The notes beneath the pieces were generated by a model, which saw only the letters and a program-made list of their open reading frames with translations, ran no database searches and had not been told where the DNA came from. Shown one piece after another: positions 13,457 to 26,428 of a stretch of 64,000 bases of DNA (position 1 is the stretch's first letter; every line of letters starts with the position of its first letter). The position numbers were made by a program, and so were the translations under genes. The stretch is from the NCBI RefSeq assembly GCF_001194135.2, contig NC_068993.1, positions 14,665,682 to 14,729,681 of the forward strand, given 5' to 3'. This DNA is from Octopus bimaculoides. Its lineage: Eukaryota.

Positions 13457-13989
13457 ATCTTTCAATGTTTCGTTTTTTCTCTTTTTGTCGTATTATAAAT
13501 TTTTGTTCCTTTCAGTGCAGTTGTTAATTTGTTTGTCGGTTAATTGTTTTCTTAAATTCCTTGTTTTTCCCTCCTCTCTGATTCAGTTTTCAGCAAAGTA
13601 TATATTCTGTCGTAGAATATTATTAAATTAGAGCCACATTGAAGTTACCTTCAAACAAACGGCTATCATAGAAACTTTCTGATACAGAAAGGGAATAAGC
13701 ATTTCTTTTCCTGTTCGTAGCATTCATACATGTGCGTACATATACATATGTGTGTGGTATACGTACATATACACACGAACACACATACATACATACATAT
13801 ATANNNNNNNNNNNNNNNNNNNNNNNNNNNNNNNNNNNNNNNNNNNNNNNNNNNNNNNNNNNNNNNNNNNNNNNNNNNNNNNNNNNNNNNNNNNNNNNNN
13901 NNNNNNNNNNNNNNNNNNNNNNNNNNNNNNNNNNNNNNNNNNNNNNNNNNNNNNNNNNNNNNNNNNNNNNNNNNNNNNNNNNNNNNNNN

Positions 13990-14025
<36 letters not shown>

Positions 14026-14499
14026 TGAACGTGTACGTATGTAAAGATTCGAATGCATGTAAATATATATATGTGCGTGTGTGTATGTGTTTGTGTGTGT
14101 ATTATCGATTATACCGAGGGTGTAAGTTTAAGTGGGTAACAATATCTCCGCAAATATCTTGGAATTTGCTGGCATTTTCTGTGTTTCTCTTGTGTTTCTT
14201 TATGTTTTGAGGCGGGAAAAGAAAAAAAACTGTGGATTTATTTACAGCTGTTTACAGCAAGATATGTGGACTAAGACATCTTTACGGGAAGTAGTTATTT
14301 GTACATCGATTTCGAATTTCAACGGAAGATGTTTCAATTTCGCTCTGAATTATAGAGTCAGTTTATCGCAAAAAACTTCTATCGGTCAGACATAGAATGA
14401 ACACTCCCGAATTCTGATGTATGAAGAGGGCAAGCAAGTGTATACAATGTAAGAATGAAAGATAAATATCCTCCGTAAGTCATGTAGACACATATGGCC

Positions 14500-14640
14500 G
14501 GTTTTCCAGTTTCCGTGGCATATATATTCACCACCTGGATGGGACGCCGTACCACCTCAGGATTATTCACTTTTGCCAGCTGAGTGGACTAGAGCAACGT
14601 GAAATACAGTGGTTTGTTCAAGAATATAACACATCACTCA
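14500..14640 (-). mobile_element. Third SINE type (CORE-like domain) fragment
   Basis: TTTTGCCAGCTGAGTGGACTAGAGCAACGTGAAATACAGTGGTTTGTTCAAGAA resembles the reverse of a CORE-type SINE body (from memory, not aligned). Confidence 0.5.
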
Positions 14641-15573
14641 GAAAAGACCAGAGAAGGACAACAGCACGTCTGTAGTTACATCACTGAAGTGTATTTACCG
14701 CACACACAGATGGACACGCTACATCCTTCCGACTGATTTGGAGTATCTGATTCATGGGTTTTCTTAATATACCATCGGTTTACTTTACCTTCAAATTTCT
14801 TCGAAGTACATCGTTTCTGTTACTATTTTACCTAACCTAACTTATTTTCCATAAATTTCTATTTAAATTCCCACAGCGCTAGGAGCAAGTGAATCAACAC
14901 CCAATTACTCCCGTTCGCAATGACTGAAACTTATTTGTATACCCTGCCGAGAAACAAAAAAGTGCATCATCTATAACAGTCCCTAAGAGGTATAATTTTA
15001 AATATTCATAAACCGCACGAAGGTAATGCATGTGTACTCAATTAAATATTTGATACTATTTTTTAACAAACTGCCTACACTAGACTTAACACAACGCAAT
15101 AAAATAAGTAGAGCACTCTGGGAAAAGGCAATATCTTACACAAACCGTTCTGATCATGCTTAAAATTTTCCTAGTTAAGATTGCTCTTTTTTCGTATATG
15201 TAACGCCAGTAACAATCATTTTGTATATGAGCACACGCATATATGCACACGCGCACATGCACACCCACACATCTCACACACATGCACATACATGCACATC
15301 CACTCATATATCACGAAAGGTCGAACAAATTTTTATGTCACAGCGACAGAATCTGCTGTGTAATATGGGGAACGATTAAAGAAAATGTTAATATATAACC
15401 CATTCTTAAGAAAGTGTCGCTTAAATATTACATGATGCTTGGTACACAATCAATATAACAGACAGAAAATATATTATGAAATGAAGACCCAAATACTTAG
15501 TCTTCATAATTCCTTTAACAAAATTTCAAATACCTTATCAAATTATATATATATATATATATTATGATAAATT

Positions 15574-15615
<42 letters not shown>

Positions 15616-16320
15616 TATATGTATTTATGAGTGTGTGGTGGAAAATTCGAAATGCGAACCCGTGATGCAGTTATTATCTGCTAAATATTATTACTTTGCC
15701 TATGATATATTAATCCAAAAGGTGTGAAATGAATTACAGCCTTCCTCGTACTGCTTAACATTAAGATAATACCAAGAACTGAGACACTGTTCTGCTCTTA
15801 TTTTATTTAGAGACGAAAATCAATAATTTTAATCTATTTGTTTCCAAACAAAGGCTTTTAACTTAATTTGCATTACTTGGCATGCAATCTTTTATTCTTA
15901 AAACTACATTTTAGCAAATTTGCTGAAAGAAAATAAAAGAAAGAAGACTGAAAATGAAAGCGAGAAAAAAATATATATATAAGGAGAATACAAAAAAATA
16001 ACATTTGACAAATTACTAAAAGATTATAAGGANNNNNNNNNNCGAGAAAAAAATATATATATAAGGAGAATACCAAAAAATAACATTTGACAAATTACTA
16101 AAAGATTATAAGGATTTTCAAATTATATAGATATGCTTCAAACAGCTCTTGAGTCCATAGTATATACCTGAAAGTGTATGCATGTGTATGCATGTATATA
16201 TATATATATATACACACATATATATATACATATATAAACACACACACATATATGTATATATATATGTATATATATGTATATATATATATATATATATAAA
16301 TGCTCACACACAAACATATG

Positions 16321-16352
<32 letters not shown>

Positions 16353-18039
16353 CGTGCGTGTGTGTGTGTGCCTGTGTGTGTGTGTGTGTGTGCGTGTGTG
16401 CGTGGGCATGTTTCCATGTGTGTATCATTCGTGATGGAGACGGTATATAGTGATGTAAATGTGCTGTAGACCAAATTTACAAAATAACATTCAAACATTT
16501 TTAATAAATAGCAGAAATTATGCAAGTAAAATTTTCGATATTTTTATATACGTATTTAATACGCACATAAAAAAGTTAAAATATATCTTATGACACAGAT
16601 ACAATTGCAGTTCTAGGAAGTGACAGCATTCATACTGATGCAGCAAATACACTCATGGACCGTACATAAATAACAGAGTTTCCTATTTAAGCAGATTATA
16701 AATAAATATTACAGTGCTATAATCTAAGAGGTCGATATCCTATTGAAGTTTTATCGAAGTCGAATTTTCAAAATTTACGAGGAGAACCTCTGAAGGATAC
16801 ATCAATGTGCAAATCTTCTAGGTTATTCAGAGCTATTAAAGCAAGTATTTCTGAAACTTCATTTGGAATACGCCGTGCAGCAGGCAAAATTTAGTTTGAT
16901 ATGTATACACTGATTTAACTGAAAATGAATTGCTAACTAATATAGATGAAGTCTATGTAGAGAAATTCTATGGTATATGCGTATAAAGTAAGTCCTTTTT
17001 GTAGAGAGAGCAAGATTTGTAACGCAGACAGAAATATTTACCGAAAATGAATGTCCTTCGCTCTAACCATACAGGATGCACCAAATCAAACGATTTAGAG
17101 GGATTCTCCGATGAGTTGCACTCGCTGATTTTTTTTATATTTTGCGTCTCTTGGATTAACTTATGTAATGTTTTGTTTGAATAAATAGATATACAAGTAT
17201 GTGAGCGCGTGTATGCGTATGTATTTGTGTGTAACTTTGTTTCATACTTCTGGAAGTTTGTATATGTGCATAGAAGTCCAAACATTATCTAATGTGGAAC
17301 ATTGATTTAACGTTGATGATCAAAATAAATTATGGAAAATCAATGTAATTTCGTTCATATATAATTGATGATACATGAAGTAAAGAATGGCTGTTGTCAA
17401 ACATACCGATTATGAAACATCGGTCAATCTACTTTTGCCTTCGTGTATTAATTACAATGATATTCAATAAACTCTCTCCGATTCGTTTCATAAAACTATT
17501 ATTCAATGTCTGTATATATAAAGGTCAACGTAAGAAAAAAATATCACATAGATTATTATAGCTTTGGAAATATTGAACATAAATTATTCATTACCAAATA
17601 GTAAAATATTTAATCGCCAAATAGTTAGAAGCAGCTTTACATTTTTTTATGATTGCTTAGTATCAGAAACACGGCCTTAGCGAAATATAGCTGCCTGGGT
17701 TTTCAGTCGTTCACATCGATATCAGCAACTATATCTGTCGTGTAAACCTTTAAAGATTTCAAAACATGGAAATGCTACATCACTGCGCATGACAGAAATA
17801 TGTAACAGTAAAGATATTATAGCAAGAAAATGAACATAGTAGATCACATATGTATTTGTATAGAGAAAAAGGAGCAGCAAGAGACGAGTGAGAGCGACTG
17901 TTTGCCCATTGCGGATTTGGCATAACTGACTTAACTTTAGAAATGTTTGGCTTCAGTACTGAAAGCAAATACGTGAACAGAGAAAGGTAGAAATACAGAG
18001 AGAGGCTGGGAGAGTATAACATGTTTTTAGTAAGTTTAT

Positions 18040-19260
18040 CTAATGGACAGGACAAATGCAGAGTATCAGCTGCTAATTCTTGCTGTATATATATCGTCTC
18101 GTGCGGCGCCACATTCGAAGCCAGAGTAGGCAATCACTACTTTAGTTTCAACTCTCATGCAAGACCTAACAGCACCTCCTTATCGCAACTAATCCATAAA
18201 TTTCAGCATGAATTAATTCCTTATAATCTGAAACGTTCTATGGTCACCCATGCTAAACTGTATACCGGCTATAAAAAGTGTGATCTCTGCATCGATGAAG
18301 TCCTTTCCATCATGCAATCCACTGATTGTTTGAACGGACAGTATAGCTTTTACTTGTCACCATAATTTGTGTAATACATTCTGTAAGTACAAACAACAAT
18401 CCTTTCTCCGCGTCATTCTCTAACTATCTTCCCTGCCCCCTATTTCATATCCCGCTACGTAAATCTTTACAACTTTTAAACCAGCTTTATATATTTTAAA
18501 CATTTTTGTATTTACTCCACCTGTTTTTTTTTTTATCCATTATACTTTATTAGTTTTCCATAACTTTTCTATCTCTACACACATTCCTTCCGCACCACGC
18601 CTGCGAGCTAATACGCACTCATATAATTTTATATTTACGCTACTACTACTACAACTACTACTATCTTTCACTTTTCTTGCCGTCCCTAGATTTCAAAATG
18701 AGATGACTACTACCAACTCGATAGGCATAAATGAGTCTACAATTTCGACCGAAAATACATTATCTTGCACCTGCCAGTCCATCACCCTCCATACCCTATT
18801 CATTTCAAATACCACTCCTATATCTTCATATTTGACTCTGTATTAATGGCTTTATAGAATGCTACAATGTTTACTTAACTACCCTACAATGGACACTCGA
18901 ATCACCACAGCTTAAATTCATAAAGGTATCTCCCCAGCCAATTTCAATACCAAACTTTCTTTTCTTCTCCATAACAAACTTAACCACGCCCTTCTATATA
19001 TTTCGTTTGTTTTTTACTTCACAAATACGTTTTCCCCTCGAACAGTAATGTCCAGGTATTTCGATCGAATCGCCAAGGAGTTAACACAGGATCGCCTAAC
19101 ATCATTGTAAATTTCATATAATCAAATTATCCTTGGCCTGAAGAATAGCTTGCGGTCTACCCCTGATTTCGATAGTCTTTTCCTCTCAAGGATCCGCTAG
19201 CTATGAAACATATGTAGCCTAAGTTTTATCAACTCCATTCCTTAAATTGTTGATACTTAT
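18040..19260 (+). mobile_element. Penelope-like element remnant: GIY-YIG endonuclease end followed by pseudo-LTR-like region with a hammerhead ribozyme
   Basis: ORF 18021-18365 has IYIVSCGATFEARVGNHYFSFNS..NSTSLSQLI..K..YTGYKKCDLCIDEVLSI, typical of PLE GIY-YIG domains (YIG, NH, STxLS, CxLC..E). A complete hammerhead core lies about 770 bp downstream. The right boundary is approximate. Confidence 0.75.
19135..19219 (+). ncRNA. Type I hammerhead ribozyme with intact core, long stem II and palindromic stem III
   Basis: GGC(19135-37) CUGAAGA(19138-44) stem II AUAGCU.GCGG / CCGC.AGCUAU (19145-19204) GAAA(19205-08) C-AUAU-GUA(19214-16) GCC(19217-19). Stem I is GGC/GCC; stem III is ACAUAUGU. Confidence 0.7.
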
Positions 19261-19574
19261 TGGCATGTACAACAACCACTGTTGCTCACTGTGTTCTATA
19301 AAATTAACTGTTTTGGGCGTATCGTACTCCGATACAGGAAAACTTTTACAACCTTCTCACTCAAGAAACCAGCCTTGTTCCTGAAAGTTGTTTTTGTATA
19401 TCTTCAACGGATTGCCAGAACCCCACTAACTTCCTGCACCTTGATCCGTGCCTATATAAAGGTGTCTGTGTTTGTGAATGAGTGTCCATGCAGCTCCTAA
19501 GTACAATAGAATCCTGCACATTATCCCCCTGCTGCCATTCACAAGGTTTTAGAGAGAACCAAGTGATGATTTAC

Positions 19575-19920
19575 ATTATTTACGTTATTTACATTTGACG
19601 GATATTTGTCCTCATCTCCTTTGTTATTAACACAACGTTTTGACTGATATACCCTCCATTTTTCGTCAGGTGTCTTGGGGAAATTTCGAATCTGGGTTCT
19701 CATTCCTAAGGTATTTTTCGATGTTATTATTGTTGTAATAATAATAATAATTACAACAACAATAACATCGAAAATACATTAGAAATGAGAACCCAGGTTC
19801 GAAATTTTCCCAAGACACCTGATGAAGGCTGGAGAGTATATCAGCCAAAACGTTGTATTAACAACAAACAAGATACAAGATGAGGACAAATATCCGTCAC
19901 ATGTAAATAATGTAAATAAT
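19575..19920. repeat. Long inverted repeat (about 165-bp arms) of a Penelope-like element end with an (AAT) spacer; each arm carries a decayed minimal hammerhead
   Basis: Arm 19575-19739 is the reverse complement of 19750-19920, at about 85-90% identity by eye. The plus arm has GACAC CUGAUGA A GGCUG..CAGCC AAAA CGU U GUAUU (19814-19859). Confidence 0.85.
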
Positions 19921-20073
19921 GAACATAATTCCTCATCTCTTAAATATAGAACTCTATTAACCAAGTGATTGTTGAAAGCAGCTGCTCAGATTGCCACGCA
20001 ATTGGGGAAACATACATCTACTTATTGGCAATATAAACTGCTTTTTCACATCGTTATTAATATTAATTACAAG

Positions 20074-20270
20074 GCAGTGAGCTGGCAAAATCATTACTAC
20101 GAAAGGCGAAATGCTTAGCGGCATTTCGTCTGCCGCTACGTTCTGAGCTCACATCCCGCCGATGTCAACTTTGCCATTCGGCCTTTCGGGTCGGTGAAAT
20201 AAGTATTAGTAATTGACTAGCCCCCTTCACCCAAAATTTTCACGGTCTTGTGTCTAGAATAGAAATAGCT
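20074..20270 (+). mobile_element. tRNA-head SINE, family A
   Basis: GTGAGCTGGCAAAATC..AAATGCTTAGCGGCATTTCGTCTG..GTTCTGAG..GTCAACTTTGCC..GAAATAAGTA. Confidence 0.8.
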
Positions 20271-21024
20271 ATTAAATATCAATTATGCACCTGAAGCGAA
20301 AACAATATATGAAAGACAACGATTTTATTTTCGTCAGATAATTTCAACGTGCATTCAAAGATAGAGAAGACACATATGACAAAGCTTCTAGAAGATCACG
20401 CGCAGCAATACACATAGTGAAGTAAATTATACACTTTAACCAACCATCGCATTTTCATAATATTATATAACTTATTTAAAAAAGAAAGGCACACAGAATT
20501 ATATCGTACAGACGCTAAAACGGCCTTCAGAGATTGTGAGATTGTGAGATTGTGGAATGGTCAAGAAAGTTAAGCAATGGTAGTCTACAAAAAAGAACGT
20601 AGAACAGAAGCTGTAAATTACGATCGCATGATTTTAGAGGTAAAATCTTTCCTTCGATATTTGTTCAATTATCCAGTATTTCTGCAGAATATGTACGAAT
20701 ATAGCTAAAAGTAAATGAGACAGGTCTCTCTTTCTCTCTCAGTCTGCCACTCACTCTTTCCTTGTGTATGTGTCTCTCCCTTTCTGTATAGATTAACATT
20801 TACATATACCCATACGACAACATACTTGTAGATATATATATATACACAGACACACACGTTTCCATATATACATATAAATATATGTATACATAGAGAAAGA
20901 TAAATAGATATGTAAAGTCATAATAAAATATAATCCAATTATTTATTATTTATGCCCTTGTATATATGTTTGCATGTGTCTGTGTATATATGTATATATG
21001 ATATATTTACACACCTATGTCTAC

Positions 21025-21060
<36 letters not shown>

Positions 21061-22107
21061 TCCTGCAAACATATATACATGTTCATAAATAATTGGATTA
21101 TGTTTTATGACTCTACATATCTTTGTATCTATATGTATGTNNNNNNNNNNNNNNNNNNNNNNNNNNNNNNNNNNNNNNNNNNNNNNNNNNNNNNNNNNNN
21201 NNNNNNNNNNNNNNNNNNNNNNNNNNNNNNNNNNNNNNNNNNNNNNNNNNNNNNNNNNNNNNNNNNNNNNNNNNNNNNNNNNNNNNNNNNNNNNNNNNNN
21301 NNNNNNNNNNNNNNNNNNNNNNNNNNNNNNNNNNNNNNNNNNNNNNNNNNNNNNNNNNNNNNNNNNNNNNNNNNNNNNNNNNNNNNNNNNNNNNNNNNNN
21401 NNNNNNNNTATATATATAAATATATATATATGTATATATGTATGTTATTGTAATATGAAAATGAATAGATAGTTTGCGTTTATACACGTATTTTTTTTTT
21501 TTTTTTGTAATCTTCTGTAGCTTACAATCTCAGTGATTATTGAAATAACATGCCTTAAGCTGCAGAATTAGAGTAGTATAGAGAACAATGCTGAATTCGA
21601 CATAAGCAACATTGGATGTCATTTCTATATCTAAATAATCAACAATATTTGACTTTTACCGTTCAGTACATGTTCATCACGTGATCAAATATATTTATAA
21701 AATGAATAAATGGAAGCCAAGATATTTTTGAGTTAAAATATTGCAACGAATCTAGCATTATTAATGTTTTGAAATATTTTCTCTTCCGAAAGCTATATGC
21801 ACTATGTTTTCAAAGCATTTTTTAAAAATATATATGTATAATGTATATTGTGCGTGAGTTATTTCATACAGAGAGACTGGAATTTGTCACAAACGATTTG
21901 AATAAATTTGTTTTGTTTGCGAATGTATACATTCTAAGCTGTTAAATATCTAAAGATATTTAATTGTAATATCTCTATAACATTTATAGTAAATTCTTGT
22001 CTAAATATGGAGAGAAAATGATAAGCCATTCAAGATTAGATTTTACAGCTTGGAAACCCTACTCGAGGACATGCACTCTCAAAGATATATAGGCACATAT
22101 AACAAAA

Positions 22108-22138
<31 letters not shown>

Positions 22139-22214
22139 CAAGTAAATGTAGGTATACATATATGTGTGTGTGTGTATGCGTGTGTGTATACATATGTAAA
22201 TATGTATATACATA

Positions 22215-22342
22215 TGTATATATGTATACATAAGTCATAAGTCCGAGGCCTTAGCAGAAGACATTTAGTAAAGTTACCATGCATTGAGATTGAGCCTCGA
22301 ACCATGCAGCTGGAAAGGAAGCTTCTTAACTCACAGCTACAT
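22215..22342 (-). mobile_element. SINE family B, 5' fragment
   Basis: CCGAGGCCTTAGCAGAAGACA..GAACCATG..GGAAGCTTCTTAAC.CACAGC. Confidence 0.6.
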
Positions 22343-22372
22343 ACATGCATTATACATACGGGAAAATATGGC

Positions 22373-22457
22373 TGATGGATGGATGGATGGATAGATGGAT
22401 GGATGGATGGATAGGTTGGTAGATGGACAGGAGGTTGGTAGATCGATAGGTTGGTAA

Positions 22458-22500
<43 letters not shown>

Positions 22501-22625
22501 CATAGATAGAAAGTTAGATGGACAGATAGATAGATAGATAGATAGATAGATAAAGAGATNNNNNNNNNNTGGACAGATATAGAGATAGATGGATGAATGG
22601 ATGGAAGAATGGATGGATAGATGAA
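22373..22625 (+). repeat. (GATG)n/(GATA)n tetranucleotide microsatellites
   Basis: Direct reading. Confidence 0.9.
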
Positions 22626-24784
22626 TGGAAATATAGACACATCATATTCTTAGATTTAAATATAAAAATATACATAAAATAACGACGCATTTGCTTCTGT
22701 TATGGCCTTTGTTGACCCTGTTTCTACGCATTATTCTTAACAAAGAAGTATGAAAAATGTTTATATCAAACTCCACCGTTGAATTCATAGTAATGTGTTT
22801 TTTTTCTTTTATTTATATATTTGTTTTACAATCCTTTCATCCATTTCACAATAGGCGTTATACGTCTCCGAAGAATACATCCTTAAATTTCTCAGTTAAT
22901 TTCGAAAATATTTTACACTTTTTTATATTTTTTTCTAAATTTCTATATCATTTATTTGCTTTGTATTATTTACTAGACCTGATTTATTTCGAATTACATA
23001 ATTTTTAATAAAACCTCTTTTAGCCTGTCTTAAATTTTCGTTGCACACCTTGTTGCACACCTTGCATTTTCGTTGAAAAGAGCCCCTTAGTAGATGACAA
23101 TGATGATGATAATGATGATGACGTCTGATGATAATGGTGGGGATGATGATGTTAATGTTTACAGTTGAGTTTTATGTATTAACTCTTGATAATATGTCAA
23201 CCAATAATTCATTTAATTTATATCTTACGATTGTTCTTCGTCAAATTCGTCGATTTTTTTTTTTTTTTACTTGGTTATGATTGATGAGAAGGCACAATAA
23301 CGACAACACTCGTGACGATGGTGTTGATGACGACAAGGATAGTGCCAACGATGATGACGAAATAGATAACGATGAAGTTAATGATGGGGATGATGACGGA
23401 GGCGACGATGATTTGGGCGGTAATAAGAATAATAGTTAAATTCTGGTCTATTCACTCTGTCATTTATTAATTCATATTTTTTTCAATATTTACTTCCAGT
23501 TATAAACTCGTTGACCGCCATTTACCCTTACATAAGCGTTAATATTTTTTTCTACTATAAACCTTTTAGACATTAACCCATTTTCATTAAATTTTAAATT
23601 TATAGCTATTCTAAATCAATCAATCTAACAGTTCGATTATTTCCAACTGGCTGGTAAAGATAATGTTTATAAAAATAATATCACTAAATCGAAAAAAATA
23701 ACTGCTCATTATTTCATTCATTTATTTGTTTGTTTTTCTCCATCCAGTTATTTTCCTAATATATTCATTGCATTTAAATTCCACACTTCTCCTTATTCTA
23801 TTCTCACGTCCTCTTTTGTCTTTATCCTCTTGCACTAAAGGAGTTGTTACAATTCAATGTCTTTGGTAAGACTCCCTCCTCTCCTAGCTTTCCCTTCCTT
23901 ACTTCGCCCCCCTCTCTCTCTCACTCTCTCTCTTTCAACATAGATGCTACTCAAGCCCTCCCCTTCCCAAGTCGTAATTTTGTAATTTCTAACACAAACG
24001 GTAAAGTTTCAATCATTGAAAACAAACCAAGACAGGTCACTCCGAGAATTGGCCAGCAATTTGATTACACACATATCCACACACGCACAAGCGCACGNNN
24101 NNNNNNNNNNNNNNNNNNNNNNNNNNNNNNNNNNNNNNNNNNNNNNNNNNNNNNNNNNNNNNNNNNNNNNNNNNNNNNNNNNNNNNNNNNNNNNNNNNNN
24201 NNNNNNNNNNNNNNNNNNNNNNNNNNNNNNNNNNNNNNNNNNNNNNNNNNNNNNNNNNNNNNNNNNNNNNNNNNNNNNNNNNNNNNNNNNNNNNNNNNNN
24301 NNNNNNNNNNNNNNNNNNNNNNNNNNNNNNNNNNNNNNNNNNNNNNNNNNNNNNNNNNNNNNNNNNNNNNNNNNNNNNNNNNNNNNNNNNNNNNNNNNNN
24401 NNNNNNNNNNNNNNNNNNNNNNNNNNNNNNNNNNNNNNNNNNNNNNNNNNNNNNNNNNNNNNNNNNNNNNNNNNNNNNNNNNNNNNNNNNNNNNNNNNNN
24501 NNNNNNNNNNNNNNNNNNNNNNNNNNNNNNNNNNNNNNNNNNNNNNNNNNNNNNNNNNNNNNNNNNNNNNNNNNNNNNNNNNNNNNNNNNNNNNNNNNNN
24601 NNNNNNNNNNNNNNNNNNNNNNNNNNNNNNNNNNNNNNNNNNNNNNNNNNNNNATATACAGGGTGCGGTGAATAACTTGTCTTAATTACGCAAAAATCAA
24701 AGTAACACTGACATCTCATTTTAACAGATATACTTACCAATATTATATCATATTATCTTCAAATACTCCAGAGTAAATTTATTT

Positions 24785-25225
24785 AATAAAATCGTCATGG
24801 CTTCAACCACATGCTGCACATGCCTTCGGAATCTCATCCAACTCTTCTGGACCGTCTACTTGTTTCAGTTGTTTAATGCTGCCATAATGCTTGCCTTTAG
24901 CTCATCTCTGGTGTTACAAAGAGTTTTATTGGTCTCTCGCCCAACTACGCCCCATACATAATAATCAAGGGTGTTACGGTCTGAGGGGTTAGGTGACGAG
25001 ATGTTACGGGTGATGTGATCGCAGAAATTGCCTGACAGCCATGACTAAGTTCTCCTGCTTCTGTGGCATGGTGCAAAGTACTTTTGTCAGATATAGCCTT
25101 ATCCAGCAGCCACGCTCTTATCTCAGGGCAGTAGTACCACATCCAGGCACTTGATGTAGGCCTCTGTGTTGGGTCTGAGGCCGTGTGGAGAGATGATTAG
25201 AGGCATAACGCCGCCATCACTAATG
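24785..25225 (-). mobile_element. Decayed DD37D (maT-type) Tc1/mariner transposase, C-terminal part
   Basis: Minus strand with stops and frameshifts gives SDGGVMPLI..HGLRPNTEAYIKCL, APCHRSRRT, NFCDHIT, LDYYVW, ETNKTLCNTRDELKASIMAA and RFRRHVQHVVEA. Confidence 0.85.
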
Positions 25226-25514
25226 ATCATTCTCCTTACATGTCCTCAGATTGCACTGTCCGCAGATTGACACCCAAACACTCTGAAATGTCCCTACCGG
25301 AGCTTCTGGCGTGAATGCCAACAAGTACAGCATGTCGTTTCCAAATTTCTGGCAGAGTGAATTGCGTCATGGTGTTCTGGTTCTCACAGACGGTGCCCAA
25401 CTGAACCTACTAATATTGTGTAGTCGACAAAATGTAAAACAAACAAGCGCAAAATTAAAAATATAATATGGCGACAATTTACCCATCGCACGGTGTATGT
25501 CTGTGTGTGTGTGT

Positions 25515-25684
25515 GTATACGATGGTTTCTTTCAGTTTCCGTCTATCAAATCCACTCACAAAGTTACGTTCGGCTCGGCGCTATAGTAGAAGACATTTTG
25601 TACAAGGTTCCATGCAGTGGGACTGAACCGGTGCCATATGGTTTGGAAGCAAGCGTTTTAACACAGTCATATGCCTACGCCTAT
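25515..25684 (-). mobile_element. SINE family B, 5' half
   Basis: TTCTTTCAGTTTCCGTCTATCAAATCCACTCACAA..GCTATAGTAGAAGACA..GCAGTGGGACTGAACC..GGAAGCAAGC. Confidence 0.8.
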
Positions 25685-25710
25685 ACTCGATTTTTTTCCC
25701 CATGAACCGC

Positions 25711-26428
25711 ACGGCCGTAATACGAGTACTCCTATTGCATTTTCAAATTATATTATCCATTTTATTTTATCTCTATATTCGAACGAATCTTGAACTTATA
25801 TCTTACCTAGTCGACTAAATTCATATTTTAAATGTCATGGCGAATATGTATCCAGTATTATCAAAGAACTCTGTGTTATAGAATTGTTTATTTTACAACT
25901 TATTACTTTCAAGCTAAATATTTATTAATGAATTGACATAATTACGGGACATTAAAAGTCACTATCAATTCTTGCAACTGACAAACATTTTATGATATAT
26001 TGCGTAGTCTTTCGTAGTATTGTCTAAAGAATTTTAATAAAGAGAGAAATTATATCTAATTAATTTCGTTTCAATCTCCAATTTGATTTATTTTCGGCAA
26101 ATTCTAATTGAATAGAAGTACGATTCTCCTGTCTAGTGTTCTGTATTTGGAAACGAAATTCAGTATGTTGTATAACTGATTTTCTCAGTATGTCTTGTTC
26201 AGCTTGTTATACAGTTCCACGTTTGCACTGATATCGCGTAATTATATCTATACGCACTTCAGCTATGTCGAACAAAATTACGGCCGTAATATTTATGTTA
26301 TTTTATTTTAATTCTATATTCGAACGTTTCTTAAATTTATATCTTACCTAGTCGACTAAATTCATATTTTACATGTCAAGGCGAATATGCAAACTGTATT
26401 ACTAAAGAACTCTGTATTATAGAGTTGT
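25711..26428 (+). repeat. Diverged tandem duplication (25711-25887 vs 26280-26428)
   Basis: Shared ACGGCCGTAATA start, identical core TATATCTTACCTAGTCGACTAAATTCATATTTTA and shared AAAGAACTCTGT.TTATAGA.TTGT end. Confidence 0.85.

Noticed and set aside
15961-16114. 72-bp direct duplication either side of a 10-N gap
   Set aside because: This is the typical unmerged contig overlap (1 mismatch, probably allelic), an assembly artefact.
23325-23440. Asp-rich reading (DDDKDSANDDDEIDNDE...)
   Set aside because: It is a decayed (GAT)n microsatellite.
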